A stretch of DNA of 64,000 nt from Carcharhinus amblyrhynchos (taxonomy: Eukaryota), in contig OZ336885.1 in the NCBI GenBank assembly GCA_965287045.1, positions 42,284,001 through 42,348,000 on the forward strand. The letters are read 5' to 3'. The position numbers were made by a program, and so were the translations under genes. Shown piece after piece: positions 1 through 12,549 of the stretch (positions are counted from its first letter, which is position 1; every line of letters begins with the position of its first letter). Below the pieces are notes generated by a model that did not search any database, had not been told where the DNA came from, and saw nothing but the letters and a program-made list of their open reading frames with translations.

Positions 1-240
1 TACATGTAAAGCAAGAACAAGTGAAGTGAAGTGCGTGCTGATTGCGCACAACATTGACTGTGAGAGCCATGCAGTCCCTCTGCGTCCAATCAGCATAAAT
101 ATTTATTTTGTTTTTACCAGTTGAAGTTGATGACAATTCTATTAATATATGAATGATCAAATATTTTCCATGTTGTGAAATATTTCGTGTGTATTAAATG
201 TATTTAATCTTATTCAAGGGTCATGGTTAGTGAATTCAGC

Positions 241-1657
241 AAAGGCAGACCAAGGAATTGATTAATAAGGAGAAAATAGAGTATGAAAGTAAGGTAGCTG
301 AGAACATAAAAATGGACTGTAGAAGTTTCTATAGGTATGTAAACAGAAAAAAATTATCAAAGATGAATGTAGGCCCCTTCTATTCAGATACAGAATTCAT
401 AACTGGGAACAAAGAAATGGCTGAAGAACTAAATTTGTATTTTGTAATTGTAAATTTGTAATTTGTGGGGTACTAAAGAGACCTGTGCTAGGACCCCAAC
501 TGTTCACATTATATATTAATGATTTGGAAGAAGGAACTAAATTTGCAGATGAAAAAAGTTGGGTCGGAGGGTGAGCTGTGAGGAGGATGCAGAGGTGCTT
601 CAACATGATTTGGACATGCTGAGTGAGTAGATATATGCATGGCAGTTGCAGTATAATCTGGATAAATGTGAGGTTATCCACTTCAGTAGCAATAATAGGA
701 AGGCAGATTATTACTTAAATGGATGTAAGTTTGGAGAGGTAGATATTCAGTGAGACCTTGGTGTCCTCATGCATCAGTTGCTACAAGTAAGCGCACAGCT
801 AAAGTAGGCAGTAAAAAAGGCAAATGGTATGTTGGCTTTCATAACAAGAGGTTTTGACTGTAAGAGTAGAGATGTTTTACTGCAATTGTACAGGGCATTG
901 GTGAGGACACATTTGGAGTATTGTGTGCATCGGAGGAAGGATGTTCTTAGTGTTAAGGAAGTGTAAAAAGGTTTACCAGACCTGATTTCTGGGATGATAG
1001 GGCTATCATATGAGGAGAGACTAAATCAGTTAGGGTTATATTCATTGGGGTTTAGAAGAATGAAAGGGGATCTCACAGAAACTTATAAAATTCTAACAGG
1101 ATTAGACAGGGTAGAATCAGAAAGAATGTTTCCGATAGTGGGACAGTTCAGAACTAGAGGTCATAGTTTGAGGATAGAATCATCGAATCATAGAATTATA
1201 GAATTTGGCCACACGGCTATAGGTATATAAGGAGTCCAGTCTTCTGACACCTCCCCCGTGACTTCATGACCCATGACATCATGATCTCCCCCATGACCAG
1301 AGAAGAATCAACCATCTGGGACAGCGCTCCTGCAATATCTTCCCTTTCCACCCACACCAGCCTGTGACACAATTCATCCGGACCTGGAGATTTGTCCGCT
1401 TTTAAACTGCCAATACCTTCTTTCAGGACTAAGGTGAGAAGAAATTTGGTGAATCTATGGAATTTAAAACAACTGAAAGTAATTGAAGACAAAATGCTGT
1501 ATGATTTCAAAAAACAATTAGATATTGTTCTTGGGGCTGAATGGATTAAGAGATTTGGAGGGAAGGTAAGATCAAGGTATTGAATTTGATGATGAGACAT
1601 GATCAAAATGAATGGTGGAGCAGGCTCAAAGGACCTGTTCCTGCTTCTAGTTTCTAT
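241..1657 (+). mobile_element. Decayed CR1/HER1 LINE ORF2 and 3' end, interrupted by an inverted CR1-derived piece (~1177-1425)
   Basis: Frames read EKIEYESKVAENIKMDCRSFYRYV and GLSYEERLNQLGLYSLGFRRMKGDLTETYKIL. It ends in a TTCTATGTT tail. The minus-strand insert reads KADKSPGPDELC. Confidence 0.85.
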
Positions 1658-1659
1658 GT

Positions 1660-2665
1660 TTATATGTATGCCTCAGGACACCATCCTTGCTCCCAGGTAA
1701 ACATGACAAAAGGTGTAAAAGTAGCAAACATGTGACCAGGGGTTGAGCACAGAATTGAAAAGGGTCCCAGGCTGAGGTCCCAGTTAAGAAGAAAGAGGAG
1801 GAGAGAAAGAGATTCAAAACAGAAAAAAATGCTGTAGTTGGCAGACCATAACTGAAGAGAATTCAGACAAAGCCATAGCAATCAAAGAGGATTTAGGAGA
1901 ATACCTGGTGATCAAAGAGAGACCAGGAGGGATCTTATCAATCAAAGAGGATTCAGGAGAAGGTCTGGTGATCAAATGGATCAGAAGAAGCTCTTGTGGT
2001 TGTAGAGGTGCTAGGAGAAGCCCTAACAATTGAAGAGAACAAGAGAAGGATGGTGATTACACACTGGGTGCCAATGGGGCAAAGGTCACCCATGGGAACA
2101 GTAGCATTTTACTCAGTACAGCCCAAAAGTTAAGGTTGTGCTTGTGAGTTGGTGCTGGAGTGCAGACTTGTATCCAGGGGAATGATGAGGTTGAAGCCTG
2201 CAAAGTGAGCAGCCTGATTTGGAGAATGTTTTGGAGAAAATTTCAAGGCAATATCTTCAAAGGGCAAAATTGAAATCCCTTGTGAGAAAGATAGAATTTC
2301 AATGAGAACGGTTGACTTGGTGTTTATTGATGTCCGGGTGGGTTATTGAGAAATCCACGGAATCATTTTTGGTCACATTTGCTACTCATTGCGCAATGCA
2401 GTGTGTTCAATTACAGAATGTCTGTTAATTCACATATACTTCATGTTAACCATGAATGTTTGAGCATATGATAGATATTGTAAATTGTTTTATCTTTCTG
2501 ACATTTGAACAGTGAAGTTTATATTAGTTTGTCCCAAACCTGTGGAATCTTGAGGCATTATTCCTTTAGTAAATGTCTTGATTCTCAAACTTTATCTACC
2601 TTTAACAAAACATTATTGGCCTCTATCTAGATCATACAAAAAACTTGAGGGTCAGGATCAAAACA
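1660..2665 (+). mobile_element. Probable solo LTR-like element with an internal 30-bp minisatellite
   Basis: Ends ...AAAACA, has an AT-rich 3' half and no coding potential. Tandem ATCAAAGAG.. units start at 1881, 1911, 1941 and 1971. Confidence 0.35.
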
Positions 2666-3094
2666 GTTCACTTAAGCAACTCTCCGTTCCTTAAAACCTC
2701 AAGAGTCTCAACTGTACCTTTCATTTCTTCTGGACAGAAACCAAACTTTGACAAGTACCCTGCTTAGTTTGCAATATAAAAACAGTATTTCCTACTTCTC
2801 CACAATGGAATCTTCTTTGTCTCTCCCACTCAAAACAGCAGTTGTCCTTTTTCTGTGTGATACTGTGAAAAATGTGTTCAAATTGTAATCCCCACTTTAG
2901 TGGGCTTCTATTTGAGACTTCCATTCCATGGAAACTTGATCACATGGGCATGTCTCTGAGCTGAGGCTTTACCCAGACATCTCTTTTTTTTGGATTAAAC
3001 ATATATTTCAAAACATAACCATCTTATATAGTCCAGCATTCATGAAAATTGTCAGGACATGTTTGGGGAGCTAAAGCTTAAAGTTTTAAAAGCT

Positions 3095-3225
3095 ATTTCT
3101 TAGTATCACAAGTAGGCTTACATTAACACTGCAATGAAGTTACTATGAAAATTCTCTAGTCGCCACGCTCCACCACCTGTTTGTGTACACTGAGGGAGAA
3201 TTTAGCATGGCCAATGAACCAAAAC
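3095..3225 (-). mobile_element. 3' part of an HE1-type SINE (alternative-tail variant)
   Basis: Matches the tails of the copies at 30093 and 42738 (cacaagtaggcttacattaacactgcaatgaagttact...gagggagaatttagcatggccaat). Confidence 0.8.
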
Positions 3226-4352
3226 AGCATCCCCAGCTAGGGATGGGGATGTTTATTTCAGACCTTCCTGATTTGGCTCCCACTGTTATTTATAGTCAGC
3301 CCAGGTGCTACACCTGTGACTAACAATGAGAGAACCCTGGGTAATTTTCTGGGTAAGAAGGGGACATCAAGCCTAACTCCAATGCTAATGTCAATGCGGC
3401 CCAAACAACATAATTCTGCTCAACAGAAATTTAAATTTCCTGAGTAAGCATCACATATCTGAATGGGTCAGTAACTTCTCAGCATCCCTGCTGTATGTAG
3501 TTTGTATTTTAGTTGATTGAAGGCTTCACATTAGCCAGGATACCAGATATTATTTGACCATTACCTCCTACACCCCTTTCACTGCCTCACTTCTAATCTG
3601 AAATCCAGTCCTGGATATTTCACAATTTACTCCAATTCAACACTAGAATTACCAAAGCTGTGGCCAGGTAGCCAAATGACACAGATGTAAATTGACAAAG
3701 AGCCAAAGGACCTATGGAAAAGGAGTAATTTCTTTTAAGTGATGAATTATTACAATATGGAATGCCCTGTCAGAAAGGGTGATGGATGCATGTTCAACAG
3801 TAACTTTCACAAGAAAATTGGAATAATATTTGTAAAGGAAATACTTGTGCAGCTGTAGGAAAAAATGGGAGTGTGCGACGAACTTGCTAGTTACTATTAT
3901 ATGCAATCAAATCCCTTAGGAGCTACCAGCTACGAAATTAAGAACAATTAACTGAAAGATGTAAAATGACAAAATTTCACAATAGACAAATTCAAAAATT
4001 CATCTGCACAATGAACAAGCCCCAGTGACTATTCAACAATCAACCTTGATAACAAAAACCCGAATCTGATACTCTATACACCATTCAGCTCATTTTCTTT
4101 CTATCATTTTGTTGTCCCAATTTTACTTGGAGTGATTATAGTAAAACTTAACTCAATCTGCACCTTGGTTATGATAACTGTTGATTTTAAAATAAATAAA
4201 CCTTTGATGAGAATGAGACAGGACAGGCATGATAGGCCAAGTGGCCTCCTTCTGCACTGTATCACTCTGGGATTCCATGGGATTTGTTTCTAATAAACAG
4301 ATTGTACATTTTTTTTGGAAGCCATCAATAATTCCGAGTTAGTTTTTTTTTG

Positions 4353-4486
4353 ATGTGGAGATGCCAGCTTTGGACAGGGTGGGCACAGTAAGAAGTCTCC
4401 AGGTTAAAGTCCAACAGGTTATTTGGTATCACAAGCTTTCGGAGCGCTGCTCCTTCATCGATGAGTCACTTTAACTTGGTGTCGTG
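4353..4486 (-). mobile_element. Penelope-like pLTR mini-insertion with a degenerate hammerhead
   Basis: Minus strand reads ctcatCGATGAaGGAGCagcGCTCCGAAAGCTTgtg. Flanked by the direct repeat AGTTTTTTTTTG at 4341-4352 and 4487-4498. Confidence 0.8.
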
Positions 4487-5859
4487 AGTTTTTTTTTGGT
4501 AGATTGTCGTGCACATCCATTATTAGGTCTGTGGGGACGGGAGCAGGGGAGAGGAGATTTGAATCTCTATTTGAATATCAGTAGCAGCAAAAGTGGAATA
4601 ATGCCCATATCACTGAATACATAATTACCTGGGGCAATTCCTAATTTTCCATCCATGCTGGAACAATGAATGTTGCAGATATGGGTGTTTAACACAACAA
4701 ATCATTAGTCATCGCATTGGCACATGAAATTTTTAATCATCACATTTTGAAATCTACAGGTTTTTTTTCTTCCGAAGCTGCTGTATAAAACTACTCGTTG
4801 GAATAGAATATAGAGTCCGACTCCCCACTTTCTTACACATAGAAGCAAAGCCTGTTAATTGAAATGTCAAGAACACAATGGGAAAACTGAATTGCTTTTG
4901 TCATTATCTCGGTAGTCAAGGTTGTCATGTATTTCAGCTTTTAGTCTCATCATGTCCATGACTGTTCCTAGAATAATGTATTGAAGTACGTTTGGAGGGA
5001 GCCTGTCATTAAATCTAATCTCATGAAAGCATCAATTACCACAAGAGTACAGTTTGACCTAGTCAAGAGATTGTGGAGGGAGCAAAATGTCCTGGCTTCA
5101 GTATTCCTAATGTCAAACTGGAGCAAATTGTGACTTACCAAGAAGTCGGATTGCCACTCCACACCTGCTTTTCTACCTCAAAATGTGTCTGATCCTGTCT
5201 TGCCCCACCTTCAAAATCAGGCAGTACAGTGCATTCCCCAGGCCTTCTGCCGAGGGCTACAGTTAGACAGCATGAAGTCATGCACCCTTTGTACAGCACC
5301 GTCTGCAATAAATCAGGTAGGTTAACAGGTCCAGTTACTTACATGGTGGGCGGTTAGGGGTTGGGACTGGAAGTCAGAGAGGGGGAAGATCATGTGAAAG
5401 GAGTTAGGGCCAGGCCTGTGATTGGAGGGAGTCCTGGAGGGGATTGTGGGAGATGGGGATCTCCTGCGTTTGGGGGTGAGGGGAGTTGCTGGGGGGATGC
5501 GGTCAAGGGAGTGGGAAAAGAACTGTGGGGCTGCGAGCTGGTTTTGTACGTTACCCAGAAACTAGAAGTGGTTTTAATTCTTCTAATGTCTGGGTAACCA
5601 ATGAATTTACACCGTTGGAACCATCCAAAGTTAGTGATTTAAATTGAATTTTCAGATTGTGCCCACATCCTTGGGTACCCCAGTTTTATACTGTTCTGGA
5701 ACTCAGAAACTATGGCACATCAGACAGCAATCTGACAATACACAGGCAGTGGAGGGGTCAAGAGAGGGAATAAATGTCATTGTTTCAGTCATTCTGATGT
5801 TGAGCTGGAGTAAATTGTGACTCACAAAGGAGTTCTTTGAAATTCCTTAGAATTTTGGG

Positions 5860-6000
5860 TTAGTATTTATCCATCAGGCAAAATCACAAAAATATCTGGT
5901 CTTTTATCTCATTGCTATTTGTGGGATCTTGCTGTGTACAAATTGACTGCACATTCCACAGTAAGTACACATTAAAAGTAGTAGTGGCTCTTAAACGTTA
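5860..6000 (+). mobile_element. Deu-domain SINE remnant (SacSINE1/AmnSINE-like)
   Basis: atctcattgctatttgtgggatcttgctgtgtacaaattgactgc resembles the Deu domain and 3' tail. Family assignment is from recollection of the consensus. Confidence 0.6.
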
Positions 6001-6004
6001 TAAT

Positions 6005-6357
6005 GGGGAGGCAATGGCAAGTGGCATTATCACTAGACTATTAATCCAGAAATTCAACTAATGTTCTGAAGACACAGGTTCAAATCCCACCACAGTAGGT
6101 GGTGGAGTTTGAATTCAATAAAAATATCTGGAATTAAGAATCTACTGATGAGCATAAAACCGTTGTCAATTGTCAGAAAATCCCACCTGGTTCACTAATG
6201 TTCTTTAGGGAAGAAAAACTGCCATCCTTACCTGGTTTGGACCACATGTAACTCCACAGCAATGTAGTTGACTCTCAGCTGCCCTTGAGCAACTAGAGAT
6301 GGGCAATAAACATTGGCAAGCTAGTGATGCCCATGTTTCACAAATGAATTTTAAAAA
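6005..6357 (+). mobile_element. tRNA-derived SINE, second family
   Basis: A-box-like 5' end, B-box GGTTCAAATCC, conserved core ctggttcactaatgttctttagggaag, A-rich end. Colinear with 22461-22809. Confidence 0.8.
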
Positions 6358-6487
6358 AGCAGTGTGGGTTATGGAACATGCCTTTCAAATGTAAGTTTTT
6401 TCCCTCTTTCTGTACTTGTTCTGTGACACACAGGTAGATGATTTCTAAGCAACATTGAGAGTCAAACATTGAAAATCAAGAGACTTT

Positions 6488-7323
6488 GGGCAGGATTCTC
6501 CAGCCTCTTCAAACAGCCCATAGGAATCCTGCTGCCCCATTGAATTGGGCATTGGCCAAAAATCAGGATTCCTGTCTGGAGTTAAGGCAATTAGGATTCA
6601 TCAGACCCACTCAACCTGCCATGATTGGGTTCCTACCCATTGTGGGTAGCAACCCAATTAGTACACAAACACGCTAATTGTAGCACAAGTAGGGGACTTG
6701 ATGAGCGATTCACCAGCCCCATACATGCTCCAGCCCCCCATGTTCCTTGGGGGAACCCTCCCTTTGCAGCCTGTCATCAGCAAGCGGGGATGGGGGAAGG
6801 GGGCAAAATGGCCACTGGATGTACCTCATTGACCCTCCTCAGGGCTGAAGATACCTGACCAGGGTGTCAATTCAGGGTGGGAGGGATGGTCTGCGAGTAG
6901 TGGGGTGGAGCATGTATGGGGCTGAGGGGGGTGAGGGTTCATCACTGCTGGTAGGGGGGTGGCGGGTTGCTCGAGATCAGAGCGGGACAAGGGGGTTTGG
7001 GGCTGACCCAGAAATGCTTGTGGGGGCCATGATTGAGCTATGGAGGGGTAGCACCATGGGGGTCCCTGGCCAGCGATTGAGCTGGCCAACAAACCAGACC
7101 CTGACAGATCAGGTCCACTGCGCATGCACAGAAGTCCAGAACTGTCAGGTTCGGGTGTGAGTAGGGCCCATCCCTGAACTTTTAGCGATATTCACGATTG
7201 TGACCCCTGCAGTGCACAGAGTGTGGAAGATTTGAGTCTGAACTCCCACTGAAAAAGCAATTGTGAATTACACCATTTTCCTGCCAATTTGGCATTTAGA
7301 ACTTTTTTTGGAGAATCATCCCC
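6488..7323. mobile_element. GC-rich non-autonomous DNA transposon (Harbinger-like MITE)
   Basis: Imperfect 14-bp TIRs GGGCAGGATTCTCC / GGAGAATCATCCCC with TTT on both flanks. The subterminal sequence is shared with 12550-13665. Confidence 0.65.
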
Positions 7324-7744
7324 TTTCACTCCTTGGTATCCTGTGTCCAACTGCAGTATATCCAGTTCAAACTAAGATCTTAAAACTTATTCCCTTAAAA
7401 GGGCTTCAAGTTGTTAAGCAACATCCACTACTTCTGCTATCCTATTTACTCTTCATGCTATATCCCCCTCTGAGAATAATCAAACCAAATAACAAACTTA
7501 CACAAAATATGGACAGGACATCAATGTGAGTACTTTAATGAAAGCCACACAGCTTGGAAACAAACCCCCACACATACAAACAGCTTTGTCCAGCATGAAT
7601 CTAACTAACGTTTTACCCTTCCAGGGTAAATTAAGCCCATTTGAGAAGCAGTAAATTAACCCCATTTAAATTTATATCTTATTTCTAATGCTTACCAGTA
7701 CAAATATAAATCCCTGAAAACTACCTTTGTTTTCCTAACACCAA

Positions 7745-7995
7745 GGCTGTAATGAGTTCAGGGGCTTAGTGGCCCTAGCAGAATCCAAACTGAGCATCAG
7801 TGAGCAGGCTATTTCAATGCAAGTGTGGCTTGATAGCACGGTTAATGACATGTTTTGCTTTGCTAATGGTTGAGAGTAGATTGACTGGGGGGCTCGGGGG
7901 GGGGGGGGGTTGGGGGTGGTGGTAAATGGCTGGTTTGGATCAGTCCTGCTTTTTGTGGGCAGGACGTATTGTAATAATTTTCCCCTTTATCGAGT
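7745..7995 (-). mobile_element. LINE RT fragment (family distinct from HER1)
   Basis: Decayed minus-strand match to a P.HKK.D.S.PA...P..LLS...K RT motif, interrupted by a G-rich tract. Related to 33560-33950. Confidence 0.55.
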
Positions 7996-8004
7996 AGGAG
8001 TAGA

Positions 8005-8738
8005 TATAAGAACATAAGAAATAGGAGCAGGAGTAGGCCATCTAGCCCCTCGAGCCTGCCCTGCCATTCTATAGGATCATGGCTGATCTGAAAGTGGTTC
8101 AGTTCCACTTACCCGTCTGCTCCCCATAACCCTTAATTCCCTTATCGATCAGAAATCTATCTACCCGCAACTTAAACATATTCAATGAGGCAGCCTCCAC
8201 CACTTCAATGGGCAGGGAATTCCAGAGATTCACTACCCTCTGAGAGAAGAAGTTCCTCCTCAACTCTGTTCTAAACTGACCCCCCTTCTTTTGAGGCTGT
8301 GCCCTCTAGTTCTAGTTCCCTTTCTAAGTGGAAAGGATCTCTCTACCTCTATCCTATCTAGCCCCTTCATTATCTTATATGTCTCTATAAGATCACCCCT
8401 CAGCCTTCTAAACTCCAACGAGTACAGGCCCAATCTACTCAATCTCCCCACATAAGTTAACACCCTCATCTCTGGTATCAACCTGGTGAACTTTCTCTTT
8501 ACTCCCTCCAAGGCCAATGTATTCTTTTGCAAATAAGGGGACCAAAACTGCACACAGTACTCTCGTTGCAGCCTCACCAGTGCCCTGTACAGTTGCAGCA
8601 AGACCTCCCTGCTTTTATATTCTACCCCCCTCGCTATAAAGGCCAACATTCCATTTGCCTTCTTGATCACCAGCTGCACTTGCAGACTGGGTTTTTGCAA
8701 TTCATGCACAAGGATCCCCAGGTCCCTCTGCACAGTGG
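8005..8738 (-). mobile_element. CR1/HER1 LINE 3' fragment
   Basis: Open frame QRDLGILVH...EYCVQFWSPY...RLRGDLIETYKI, followed by the 3' UTR and a (TTCTTATG)n tail. Confidence 0.95.
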
Positions 8739-10250
8739 TGTAGCTACAATCTATCCTAACATTAGTTTTAGCATTACAATGAGAATTTGCAATCAAGTTA
8801 AGAGCTGATTAAGAAATTAGCTGCAGTGGGTATTTCCAGAAACTTCAGGTCAATGTGAATATTAAATGTACATTTTAACTGCTTAAGGACTCAAGTATGT
8901 TTTTGCTGCTGAATAGAATCACTTAGATCGACATACCTCTGCATTTGTTTTCCACTAATCCATCTGATTTATTGTTTTAATTAATTATTTAAGAGTAAAC
9001 GCCAGTTTTGCATGTAGCCCCGAATGGACATAACTGTACAGTCTAATTTGATTTTGCATCAACACCCACTCACTTCACGGCATCTTAACAAACTAGACTT
9101 GATATGTTATGTGGAATGTAGTACTATTTGTTCTCAAATTTCCTTGAATTAACTCAACTGTATCAGTAAAGGTCAGAGTTATTAGTACTTCAAGTATATT
9201 TTAGAAGAACGCTTATGAAACAGACATTTCCATTTATTCTTTTATATAAGCTATTAGCCGCCAGTCCTTTCATCCATGTGTTCAGAACTATTTCGCTCTG
9301 ATGCCATTCAAAAAACTGATGGAAAAGCTACACCAATGCAAAGGTTTTAAAAGCTGAAGTTCTGGTTAATTTGTTCCAATTTATACAAAATATGGACAGG
9401 AAATCAATGTGAGTACTTAAATGAAAGCCTCACAGCTTGGAAACAAAACACACTGAACCGGTGGGATTGACATTTGATTTGAACCCTCCATTTATTATCA
9501 AACATTATTCCCTAATTCATCCTTTATCTCAGTGGACCTTTCTCAGAAAGCACGCACCCAAGCCTTTAATTTAGGCATCACACGTTCAGTCAATCTTTGC
9601 CGAGGAAACTGTAAAATGATAAAGTATCCTGGTGTTATTTTCTTTTCTTTTAATAACATATTTGTGTTTTCCAGCGGACTTCACAATTTTATTTTCTGAC
9701 ATCGAGCAAGGCCAGAAGCATCAGTTTGCAGTGGCGTGGAGGAGAGATGAGGTGCATAGAAAAGCTGCAGGGGCAAACAACAATACAGCAAAGAATATTG
9801 TGAAATGGTCAAAAAGTAGATGGAGCAATAAAGCAGAGTGCCTCGTATTAAATTGTGCTGTTGTGAGAACTGTCACAAGAGCTAACAGGCACAATTTGAC
9901 ACATGGAACTATGGTATTGTGGCTACAAATGAGTCCTGATTTAAGCATGGTCAGGAATGGGGACTAAACATTCCTGTCTCCAAGGTCTTTTGGAGAGATA
10001 GGGGAAAAAAAATAGGATGGCATATGGGAATAGTTATCCCTATTTTTGTGTGGTGTCAAATCTTTCTAATTTTTGATTAGTCCCTTTGCCCTCTTGGATT
10101 ATCAGGATTATTTTCTGACTCCCTCGCTCCCAATAGGGAATCCCGTAGTCTCCTCAGCACCTTGCAATTACGGGCTAGACACACAACTGCTTGACAGGAT
10201 ACAGAGAGAGTCAATAACTGGAACCTTTACTTTATCACTGGAGTTTCAAT

Positions 10251-10370
10251 CACAGTAAAAAGTCTGACAACACCAGGTTTTAGTCCAACCTATTTATTTG
10301 ATAATATACTCACAAGCTTTCGAGGGGACTGCCTCTTCGTCAGGTGAATGGAGAGTTCTGGCCTCAGACA
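10251..10370 (-). mobile_element. Penelope-like pLTR fragment carrying a hammerhead
   Basis: Reverse-complement homology to 23885-24004, including aaataaatagGTTGGACT..AACCTGGTGTTG. Confidence 0.8.
10310..10347 (-). ncRNA. Minimal type I hammerhead ribozyme motif, core intact
   Basis: Minus strand reads TCAC-CTGACGA-A-GAGG(CAGTCC)CCTC-GAAA-GC-TT-GTGA. Stem I is TCAC/GTGA, stem II is GAGG/CCTC, and stem III is the palindrome AGCT. Confidence 0.8.
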
Positions 10371-10384
10371 AATTGTCTTCCTTA

Positions 10385-10650
10385 AAGTAAAGTTTATTTA
10401 TTGGTCACAAGTAGACTTGTAGGCTTATATTAACACTGCAGTGAAGTTACTGTGAAATTCCCCTTGTCATCACACTCTGGTGACTGCTCGGGACAATGCA
10501 CCTAACCAGCGCATCTTTCTGACTGTGGGAGGGAGCCGGAGCGCCCAGAGGAAATCCACGCAGACATGGGGAGCACATGCAAACTCCACACAGACAGTGA
10601 CCCAAGCCAGGAATCAGCAGTGCTAACCACTGTGCCACTGTGTCACCCCT
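10385..10650 (-). mobile_element. HE1-type SINE (alternative tail)
   Basis: Minus-strand head GTGGCACAGTGGTTAGCACTGCTG and body GGGTCACTGTCTGTGTGGAGTTTGCA. Confidence 0.9.
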
Positions 10651-10814
10651 CCTCAGGCTAGGTCCTTGTTAGTGTTACAAGGGATTGAGTGAGGGGGAAA
10701 GTTCTATGTGCAGGAGCAAGGATGGCATTGTAGTAGCTATAATCATGGGATCACTGACAGCATTGGAACTTTGCACTCAGTGTTCAGGCACAATTTCAAT
10801 TTATAGGCTAAGAT

Positions 10815-11330
10815 ACAAGCAAAATACAGTGCATGCTGGAATCTGAAACAAATACAAAACATGCTGGAAAACGTTAACAAATCTGGCAGCATATGTGGAG
10901 AGAGAATAGAGCCAACATTTTGTGTCTGGATGAGCCTTCGTCAGAGCTAAGAGCAAAGAAAACCAGGAAAGATTTATACCAAGAGGGTGGGGAAGGGGGG
11001 CTGTAATAGGACAAAAGGAATGTAAATGAGATGAAGAAGGCTGAGAGAAGTACTAAAAGTGTCAGTTAAGTGATCAGAATCTGTGAATGGAAGGATAGAG
11101 GTAGAGATGGTTGAGGCAATTGGCCTGAACGACAAGGGGGACAGTGTGCAAGAAGGAGAGCGAGAATGAAGGAATGGAAAAATGGAAGTGAGAAAAAAGG
11201 GTGATAAAAATGGACGAATGAGATGAAAAGAAGAAACAGAATGAAAGAAAATAAATGGCAATGGGGTGAAGGTGGAGGGGAGAGTTCATGCTTTAAGTTG
11301 TTAAAGTCAATGTTCAGTCCAGGAGGCTTC
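10815..11330 (-). mobile_element. Penelope-like element 3' end (second family): ORF C-terminus, pyrimidine-rich UTR, decayed hammerhead
   Basis: Minus strand near 11290-11328 reads PPGLNIDFNNLKA*, typical of the end of a PLE GIY-YIG domain. At about 10910-10948 it reads agctCTGACGAaGGCTC atcca GACAC AAAATGTTggct. Confidence 0.75.
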
Positions 11331-11675
11331 TAGTTTGTGGTGGGTTCAATAGAATATGGCAATGGACGGGCACGTGGACAGGAGAGCAGGGTGTGATGTG
11401 CTGAAGTGGCAAGCAACAAGAAGGTCTGTTGAAATGGCAAGTGACACAATGCAGTCGACTCTACATTGGAGAGACCAGCGGAGAATGCATGGCCACTTTG
11501 CTGAAACTGCCAGTCTGTCCGCAAGCAGGAGTCAGACCTTTCTGTCCTCCAGGGGGTGGAAGATAGGTTTGCTCAGGGTACGCCATTTAAACATGGCGCC
11601 CTGATCTCTGTGCAGCCAGGCTTTTCCAGTGTGTTTAGGCCCACCCCACGACATGACACCGTGAAACATGCTCAC

Positions 11676-11938
11676 CTGTTTTTTGTTTGACAGAGCGTGG
11701 TAAGACCTGGAGAGAAACCTGACTTGTTCCTCCGGAGAGAAGTACACCATTTTTCTTGCTGAAATCAACACTTTGGTGTTGAATTCTGGTACGGTCCAAA
11801 GACTCAAAGTGTCCAACAATCTCAAACAGCAGCTCATAGGCCTCCTCTGCACAGGGCAACTCAATTTCATCCAAGTGTCCATAAACAACCATTAAGATCC
11901 TCATAGCCATATATAAGAGGCTCAACATCAGTTTTAGT
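11676..11938 (-). CDS. Candidate exon of unknown gene (reading frame ambiguous)
   Basis: Acceptor ttttatcttctgggataacag and strong donor CAG|gtgagc. One frame is open throughout (..LDEIELPCAEEAYELLFEIVGHFESLDRTRIQ..) and a second is open over most of it. Confidence 0.3.
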
Positions 11939-12549
11939 CTGTTATCCCAGAAGATAAAAATGGTCCAACTCAATGTCAGGTTAAATGTCTTCGAGACATT
12001 CTTGGGGCACAGGACATTGTCCAAAAATTGGTCATTTTGGTGCCCATTTTACCCCCGTGAAACAAATGTAACTGTGGACTGATTTCTAACAAGAATGATT
12101 GCCTTTTAGACTCCTGACTCTAACATGTGATCAGCAAAGATAATTCACATTTTTTTTGGTTCAAGTATCCACTGACATATCAGTGAGTCAATCAATGCAG
12201 TATTGTGACTCACATGTGAATTAAACTCTGAACTGGATTATAAAGATTTATTCTTACAAGAATAAGAAAACCTTCACACTAGTATGAGTAATTGCAACCA
12301 ATATCTAAAGTTTTCTTACAATGTCCAGGCAATTGTTTCCTATTTCCAGCCATAAGCGTTTTGGCTAAGAGCAACATTGAATCAAGCCTGAGATCATTTG
12401 TAATGCCTGTTCTTGTCAGCATGGACCTAGTGTGTCTCTTTTTTGTGGATCATGAATAGGATTCAATTTGAATTGTTTTTTTTGAAGCAAGCAGATGGAT
12501 TAAGGACTGGCCCTGTCTTTGTAACGCTGAAAAAGGAATACAAAATTTG

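Noticed and set aside
9675-9751. Plus-strand exon candidate DFTILFSDIEQGQKHQFAVAWRRDE
   Set aside because: Isolated, with a weak donor and no supporting chain.
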